DNA of 38,998 nucleotides from a virus (Duplodnaviria; Caudoviricetes): positions 1 through 38,998 of IMG/VR virus record IMGVR_UViG_3300038520_000727. One strand, 5' to 3'. The position numbers and the translations under genes were made by a program. Of this stretch, positions 34,394 through 38,998 are shown in pieces. The stretch's first letter is position 1, and every line of letters begins with the position of its first letter. The notes under the pieces were generated by a model. The model was not told the origin of the DNA. It worked only from the letters and a program-made list of their open reading frames with translations, and did no database searches.

Positions 34394-34711
34394 TTAACCC
34401 TCGTAAGTAATATTTATTGTCCCTGCTACAAATGCGGAGTCAGCACTAAGAGCTTTAAATGCTATTCCATTATCAAACAATATGCCGTTTCCCGGTATAG
34501 GCATAACAAAAGGGTTTTGTCTATATGCCTCTCTGTTTATTGTAAAAACTACATCAGTTCCGTCTCCGCTACCGTTTACTAAAGCTATAGTTCCGGTGCC
34601 TCCTCCTAGTGAAATAGACCTTAATCTAGCTCTTTCACCTAGAGGGACTAATTGAGTTTTAGCCGCACTTGCAACGCTGTCGCTATTAAAAGCTGATTTA
34701 ACATCGCCCAT
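34394..34711 (-). CDS. putative capsid decoration protein
   Basis: 'DVKS...RARLRSI...PIPGNGILFDNGI...ITYEG'. Confidence 0.6.
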   Translation of the reverse strand: MGDVKSAFNSDSVASAAKTQLVPLGERARLRSISLGGGTGTIALVNGSGDGTDVVFTINREAYRQNPFVMPIPGNGILFDNGIAFKALSADSAFVAGTINITYEG

Positions 34712-34721
34712 GACCTACTCC

Positions 34722-35192
34722 TTATGAGTCAGTTACATCTAGATTTACATCTTGTAAATACTTAACAGTCACATCAGCAATACCTTCTGTTCCAGTTGCT
34801 GTAGCTATGGGATTGAATGTAGCGATTACTGTACGGTCAACAGTTCCTATATTAATGGAAGCAGTAGCCATACCTGTGCTGTATGTTAAAGCAGATGCTT
34901 TAGCGTTTGTTCCGTTTAACAAAGCTGTTGTAGCTCCTGAAAACCCTACTGAGACCGTAGCCGCTGAAGGAGAGTTGGAAGGCTCTACAATATTTAACAT
35001 TACTTCTGTGATTTTTGAATTTGCTGGGATAACGCCAACTGTAGTTGTAGCAGTTGTACCGGTTATATCAATTACGGCTGACTGAGCCATTAACACAAAA
35101 CCAACATTATTGACATCGGTTCCAACGGTTGTTCCTGTAGTTTCTTTGATGCTTCCAGATTTAACTGGACCTGAAAATGTCGTACTTGCCAT
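34722..35192 (-). CDS. putative capsid decoration/minor capsid protein
   Basis: 'MASTTFSGPVKSG...IPANSKI...V.Y.Q'; T/A/G-rich; lies downstream of the capsid gene. Confidence 0.65.
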   Translation of the reverse strand: MASTTFSGPVKSGSIKETTGTTVGTDVNNVGFVLMAQSAVIDITGTTATTTVGVIPANSKITEVMLNIVEPSNSPSAATVSVGFSGATTALLNGTNAKASALTYSTGMATASINIGTVDRTVIATFNPIATATGTEGIADVTVKYLQDVNLDVTDS

Positions 35193-35205
35193 TTTTTTTC
35201 TCCGT

Positions 35206-35274
35206 GTATTAGCACATCGTCACACCATCTCTAATACGTCAGCTAGGTCTGTTGGTGCAACTAATTAACCCTAG
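35206..35274 (-). ncRNA. putative structured RNA with interlocked pseudoknots (candidate Mu-gpT-DE-type motif)
   Basis: Three complementary pairs in crossing order on the - strand: CTAGG/CCTAG, GTTGCACCA/TGGTGTGAC and GTATTAG/CTAATAC. Intergenic, downstream of the capsid gene. Confidence 0.6.
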
Positions 35275-35427
35275 TTATTTTTTAATTGCTTCTTGAATCC
35301 AATTAAAAGGAGCTTGTGATTGCTCGACCATTGCTTTTGCAACACTACAGTTAGTATCAATAACTTGATTTGTGTTTTGTATAAACTGGTCTTTACAAGC
35401 AGTTAAAAATTTAAAATATAAATCCAT
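35275..35427 (-). CDS. 50-aa hypothetical protein (not in ORF track)
   Basis: MDLYFKFLTACKDQFIQNTNQVIDTNCSVAKAMVEQSQAPFNWIQEAIKK, with an AGGAG RBS just upstream. Confidence 0.6.
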   Translation of the reverse strand: MDLYFKFLTACKDQFIQNTNQVIDTNCSVAKAMVEQSQAPFNWIQEAIKK

Positions 35428-35437
35428 GTCTTCTCCT

Positions 35438-35465
35438 AAAAAACGAAGGGGGCAAAGCCCCCCTC
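35438..35465 (-). terminator. intrinsic terminator after the major capsid gene
   Basis: GAGGGGGGC-TTT-GCCCCCTTC stem-loop followed by GTTTTTT, a few nt after the capsid stop codon. Confidence 0.85.
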
Positions 35466-35472
35466 ATCAAGT

Positions 35473-36381
35473 TTAAGCTCCGGGTGAACCAAACATTCCC
35501 AATGGATCAGAGAACCCAAAAGAATATCTTTCACGAGCCTTATAACGAACATTGCCTGTGTCAAAATCTCCCTCCATGGAAGTAGCCATAGGCGTACGAA
35601 CGAAATGCTTAAGTCCATTTGGAACATCCGTTGTTAGGAAGTAAGCGTCTCCGTCAGTTAAATAGTGGTTAACTGCATAACCTTCTGGAATAGCTCCTGT
35701 CGTTCTAAGAGCGTTGATATCGTTGTCAGCAGTTCCAACTCTCAAGTCTGTTTGTAACAAACGAGTAGCCACGAACATTAGATCTGGTGGGATAATCAAC
35801 TTACGAGGTTTAGCCGCTATCAACAGTCCTCTTTCATCTGTCCACTTAGATATTTGAATAACATGAGCCTCTAAAGAGGTTTCATTCAAATCAGTGGCAG
35901 TTGCTGGTCTGTTTGAGTTTGAACCACCTGATACCAATGGGTGAGCTGTAGAAAATAATGCTACACCATCACCTCCCGGAAATGCGCTGTCAAATCCTTG
36001 GTTAAGGACATTAGCCGCTTTAACTTGCTTGGTATATGCCATAGCACGAGCCAAAGCCTTGGTGTAACGAGCTGAGAGAGAATCATAGAGGTTGTCCTCC
36101 ATAGCTTCTTCTGTAATCGAAAAACCGAGAGCAACTGTCTCATGGTTATAGCGTGAAGTGTATGCTTCCTGAGCATTGTCAAATGCGATGGCTTCGCCTT
36201 CGTTTTTAACAGGTGCCGCAGAAAACCCGGATAGTTTCGTCTCCTCCTCGAAAGAACGCTCGGAAGTTTCTGTTTCAAAAATTTCTTTGTGCTCTTCGCC
36301 GTATTTTGCGTACTCAAGCCCATATAGAGCGTTAAGTCCCGGAAGGAGTTCTTTAAGTAATTGTGCTCTTGAAATAGCCAT
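35473..36381 (-). CDS. major capsid protein (Mu gpT-like, HK97 fold)
   Basis: 302 aa: 'MAISRAQLLKELLPGLNALYGLEY', 'ALGFSITEEA.EDNLY', 'GDGVALFSTAHP', 'GDFDTGNVRYKARERYSFG'. Follows the scaffold gene and precedes a terminator. Confidence 0.9.
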   Translation of the reverse strand: MAISRAQLLKELLPGLNALYGLEYAKYGEEHKEIFETETSERSFEEETKLSGFSAAPVKNEGEAIAFDNAQEAYTSRYNHETVALGFSITEEAMEDNLYDSLSARYTKALARAMAYTKQVKAANVLNQGFDSAFPGGDGVALFSTAHPLVSGGSNSNRPATATDLNETSLEAHVIQISKWTDERGLLIAAKPRKLIIPPDLMFVATRLLQTDLRVGTADNDINALRTTGAIPEGYAVNHYLTDGDAYFLTTDVPNGLKHFVRTPMATSMEGDFDTGNVRYKARERYSFGFSDPLGMFGSPGA

Positions 36382-36393
36382 TTAAAAATCTCC

Positions 36394-37227
36394 TTATACC
36401 GCTGTTGCGTCTTGATATGAATGAATCTCAAAATTCAACTTAACCAATACTTCAGGATACTCTCTGAATAGAATTGTTGAATCTGCCGGAATTGCTGTAA
36501 CACTTCCCGGAACAGCGATAGCTGAATTTATTGTTACTGAGGTGGCTCCTGCCGCCGCCGCAACTGACACAAAAGAAGCAGTTTGAATAATCTGCCCTGC
36601 TGAGTCTAAATATGCTACATCGGTTCCGTGAGGAATAGCATTTGGTAGTGCGCTACAAGTAATTGTTGTAGAGGAAGAGCTTCCTGTTACGGATGTAGTC
36701 TTCTTTGTCTCGTCAACAACTCCCATAATTCTTACTGGAAATGCCGCTGTTGTTAATGTATTTCCAATATGAACAGCGTTTGCACTGTTTCCAGTTGTTG
36801 TACTACCTGTGTTGTTGAGCATTCTTTGATTCTGCCCTACCAACGCATGGTTCCCTGAAGCCACGGTTGTTCCAGTAGAACAAACCACAGCTTTGTACAC
36901 AACATCGGGGTCATCAGAAACATAAGCCATCATGTCGCCAGCTTTTGTTCCAGATGGATAATATTGTGAAAATTGTTTTTGTTTTGTCGTTGGGTCTGTG
37001 TAAGTGCAACCCAAAAATATACCGACCATACCTGAATCGTCAGCGTCGTTTGTTACCGCCTGATGTTCAACATTACCACGAACCAATTTAACAAAATCAC
37101 CGTAAAAGATATCTGTTCTGTAGTCATATTGAATTGGTAACATACGGGTAGAACCCGCAAACGGAACGCCTCCGATGAGGTTAATCGGCTTTAGCCCGTA
37201 AGGGGCATCAACTGTAGGATAAGCCAT
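36394..37227 (-). CDS. capsid-associated structural protein
   Basis: 'DAPYGLKP...IFYGD.V...GIFLGC.YTDP...DDPD..Y'; lies immediately upstream of the capsid gene. Confidence 0.65.
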   Translation of the reverse strand: MAYPTVDAPYGLKPINLIGGVPFAGSTRMLPIQYDYRTDIFYGDFVKLVRGNVEHQAVTNDADDSGMVGIFLGCTYTDPTTKQKQFSQYYPSGTKAGDMMAYVSDDPDVVYKAVVCSTGTTVASGNHALVGQNQRMLNNTGSTTTGNSANAVHIGNTLTTAAFPVRIMGVVDETKKTTSVTGSSSSTTITCSALPNAIPHGTDVAYLDSAGQIIQTASFVSVAAAAGATSVTINSAIAVPGSVTAIPADSTILFREYPEVLVKLNFEIHSYQDATAV

Positions 37228-37243
37228 TCTTTTTCTCCGTTAT

Positions 37244-37684
37244 TTATCCTCTACTGCCTTTGGTAGTGGTTGATTTCTTCTCACTAAACATTGGCATACG
37301 AGGGTCATTTTGTCTATATAGATTAGCGTCCACGGCGGCCTGCTGGTCTGATGTTTTCTTAGCTATGTATTCTTTTTTAGCTTGTAGCAGAGCTTTAGGT
37401 GCTTTGTGAAGCATTAATCCACCAATTTCAACTTCATTTCCAGTGTTTCCCCATGAAGGGATTTCTGGATGATCTTCTTTTTTGCAAGGTATATATCCTT
37501 GTGACCTTTTCTTCATGACGTTTCTTACATCATCTTGCCCCATAACAGAGGTTCTTACATATAAGAATTCGTCATCACCGTTAGGTGTTGGGTTAGGCAG
37601 TACGTCATCACTGAAATCTTTTATATTGTATTTTGTTTGGCTCATTTCACGAGTTTCTGATTCACGATTATTCCTATTAGCCAT
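37244..37684 (-). CDS. conserved head-module hypothetical protein
   Basis: 'LP.P.P...YVRTS..G..D..NV...GY...IGGLML.K.P'; lies between the scaffold and capsid genes. Confidence 0.7.
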   Translation of the reverse strand: MANRNNRESETREMSQTKYNIKDFSDDVLPNPTPNGDDEFLYVRTSVMGQDDVRNVMKKRSQGYIPCKKEDHPEIPSWGNTGNEVEIGGLMLHKAPKALLQAKKEYIAKKTSDQQAAVDANLYRQNDPRMPMFSEKKSTTTKGSRG

Positions 37685-38540
37685 TAGCTTGCTCCTTCAT
37701 AATTTGTTCTGCGTATTTTTCAATAGGTACTCCAAGACGTTTGGCAATGGATACCTGAGTTTTAGTTAATCTAACTTTATTAGAACCAGACGTTCTTGAT
37801 GCTGGAGCAACTACGTTGGCGGGTTTTTTCCCGAATTTGTTTGGAAATTCCTCACGCATACGGGCATCTATCTGGCTGTAGTATTCTTCTGAACCAGAAG
37901 GAACCCCACGCTTGACTAATTCATCGTGAATTCCGAAGGCGGCACCTCTCATAACTGCGTCGGTTTCAAACCAACGATTTTCAGTAACCCACTGACGGGT
38001 GCGTTCGTCAGGTACTACTTGTTGTTGTACACTATTTTGAGGTTCTTGTAAAGGTTTTTGGTGAACAGGTTCATAAGTTTCTACCTCTCTTTGTTCTACT
38101 GTAAACCTAGCTAACTTCTTCTGAGCTTCCACCATTTTGTCCGGCTCTCCCGCTTCGTAAGCATCTTTGTATTCTTTTTCCGCTTGTGCAAGTTCAGCCC
38201 CGACTCTATTTTTGTGACTCTCAAGAAGGACGGTTTCTCCTTTAGACAATTTATCTTGCAAGGCTTTGTTTTGTTCTGCAACTTTTTGTGCATAATTCAT
38301 AGCCTCCTGTTGTTCTCTCATAAAACGCTCTTTATCTCTTCTTTCATCGTGATAAGCACGTTTTAATTGATTAATCCTTTTTTGAACATTTCCACTGTAT
38401 GTAGAAATTTCATCTTCTGGTATATCTACATCTCCTAAATGTTTTTTCCCTTTATCCTCATCTGGAGTATCATCTACTATCTCTACCTCATTTTCGGATA
38501 CTTCTTCTTCTATTTCGTAGTTTTTTTCTTGCTCTGACAT
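37677..38540 (-). CDS. capsid scaffolding protein
   Basis: Acidic N-terminus, long coiled coil, 'W..EN.WF' and C-terminal 'VRLT..QV.IAKRLGVP.E.YA'. Start at 38540 behind AAAGGAG. Confidence 0.7.
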   Translation of the reverse strand: MSEQEKNYEIEEEVSENEVEIVDDTPDEDKGKKHLGDVDIPEDEISTYSGNVQKRINQLKRAYHDERRDKERFMREQQEAMNYAQKVAEQNKALQDKLSKGETVLLESHKNRVGAELAQAEKEYKDAYEAGEPDKMVEAQKKLARFTVEQREVETYEPVHQKPLQEPQNSVQQQVVPDERTRQWVTENRWFETDAVMRGAAFGIHDELVKRGVPSGSEEYYSQIDARMREEFPNKFGKKPANVVAPASRTSGSNKVRLTKTQVSIAKRLGVPIEKYAEQIMKEQANG

Positions 38541-38550
38541 TTTTTCTCCT

Positions 38551-38907
38551 TTAAGCACGAGTTATTCCTCGTGGGTCAGCGACAACACCTTCTACAGCAT
38601 CATCGTTAATTAATCTAAATTCCTGCTCACCCTCTTCTGTCTGTACCAAAAATCTAGTTCCGGTGTAGGCTCTCATTATTATGAAATCGCCTTCCTTGCA
38701 CCATGGTCCAGTCAAAAACTTTTCTTCATCCTTATAGGCTAGATCTCCAATTTTTGTAACTAACCCGATTATAGAAGCTGTCTCTTCTGCTTTTTTATGC
38801 GAGTCAGCTCGTATAATCTTTGTGTTCTCAAATTTATCGTCTAGCTTTGGTATAGCTATAAGAATTTTGTAGCCTCTTGGTTCAGGCATTTTTAAATTGT
38901 CACTCAT
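38551..38907 (-). CDS. groES: GroES/Cpn10-like co-chaperonin
   Basis: 'P.GYKILI', mobile-loop region 'KIIRAD', 'GLVTKIG', 'WCKEGDFII..YTGT' and 'FRLINDD.V.GVV'. Confidence 0.8.
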   Translation of the reverse strand: MSDNLKMPEPRGYKILIAIPKLDDKFENTKIIRADSHKKAEETASIIGLVTKIGDLAYKDEEKFLTGPWCKEGDFIIMRAYTGTRFLVQTEEGEQEFRLINDDAVEGVVADPRGITRA

Positions 38908-38998
38908 CCGGTAAATCCTCCAGTAGTCTAATTACACGTTGTAATCCTTTAATCTCACCCACTCCTAAAAGATAGATTTCTCTATCAACAGCTTTGTG
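38900..38998 (-). CDS. 3' end of a hypothetical protein (truncated by the window edge)
   Basis: Open frame HKAVDREIYLLGVGEIKGLQRVIRLLEDLPDE*, overlapping the groES start. Confidence 0.6.
   Translation of the reverse strand, partial: HKAVDREIYLLGVGEIKGLQRVIRLLEDLPDE

Noticed and set aside
35436-35627. Possible frameshift extension of the capsid protein
   Set aside because: The frame runs only into the terminator hairpin, and no slippery site was identified near the capsid stop.
35961-36431. 156-aa alternative-frame ORF overlapping the capsid gene
   Set aside because: It overlaps a clearly conserved gene and has no recognisable features or start signal.
1-38998. Stop-codon reassignment, tRNA genes, integrase or IS elements
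   Set aside because: Genes tile densely under the standard code with all three stop codons used; no cloverleaf or recombinase/transposase motifs were recognised.
1-38998. Avoidance of GATC, GGWCC or CCGG
   Set aside because: Each occurs repeatedly on inspection, unlike CCWGG.

Overview
A 39-kb piece of a tailed dsDNA phage genome. It is AT-rich, uses the standard genetic code, is densely packed, and has a short-tailed (podovirus-like) gene set resembling uncultured aquatic phages. The host cannot be determined from this window. It has two convergent arms. The + strand arm (1-5409) carries small DNA-metabolism genes: SSB-like protein, DUF3310, MT-A70 and N4/N6 DNA methyltransferases, a glycosyltransferase-like gene, a PD-(D/E)xK-like nuclease and a Ref-like HNH nuclease. 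The - strand arm (38998-5390) is the virion operon: GroES-like co-chaperonin, scaffold, major capsid, decoration proteins, a block of small basic proteins, adaptors, tail fibres, lysis genes, nozzle, ejection proteins and a 3232-aa polyvalent protein. Four observations stand out. (1) The giant protein has a HExxH peptidase followed by effector modules, each bounded by a recurring [FY]-Q-[FL] motif. (2) A [MFY]xxGG motif is shared by basic and ejection proteins. (3) A chained double-pseudoknot RNA lies downstream of the capsid gene, against the next gene's ribosome-binding site. (4) Codon choice strongly avoids CCWGG and GCWGC. All family assignments come from motif recognition by eye, not from database searches.
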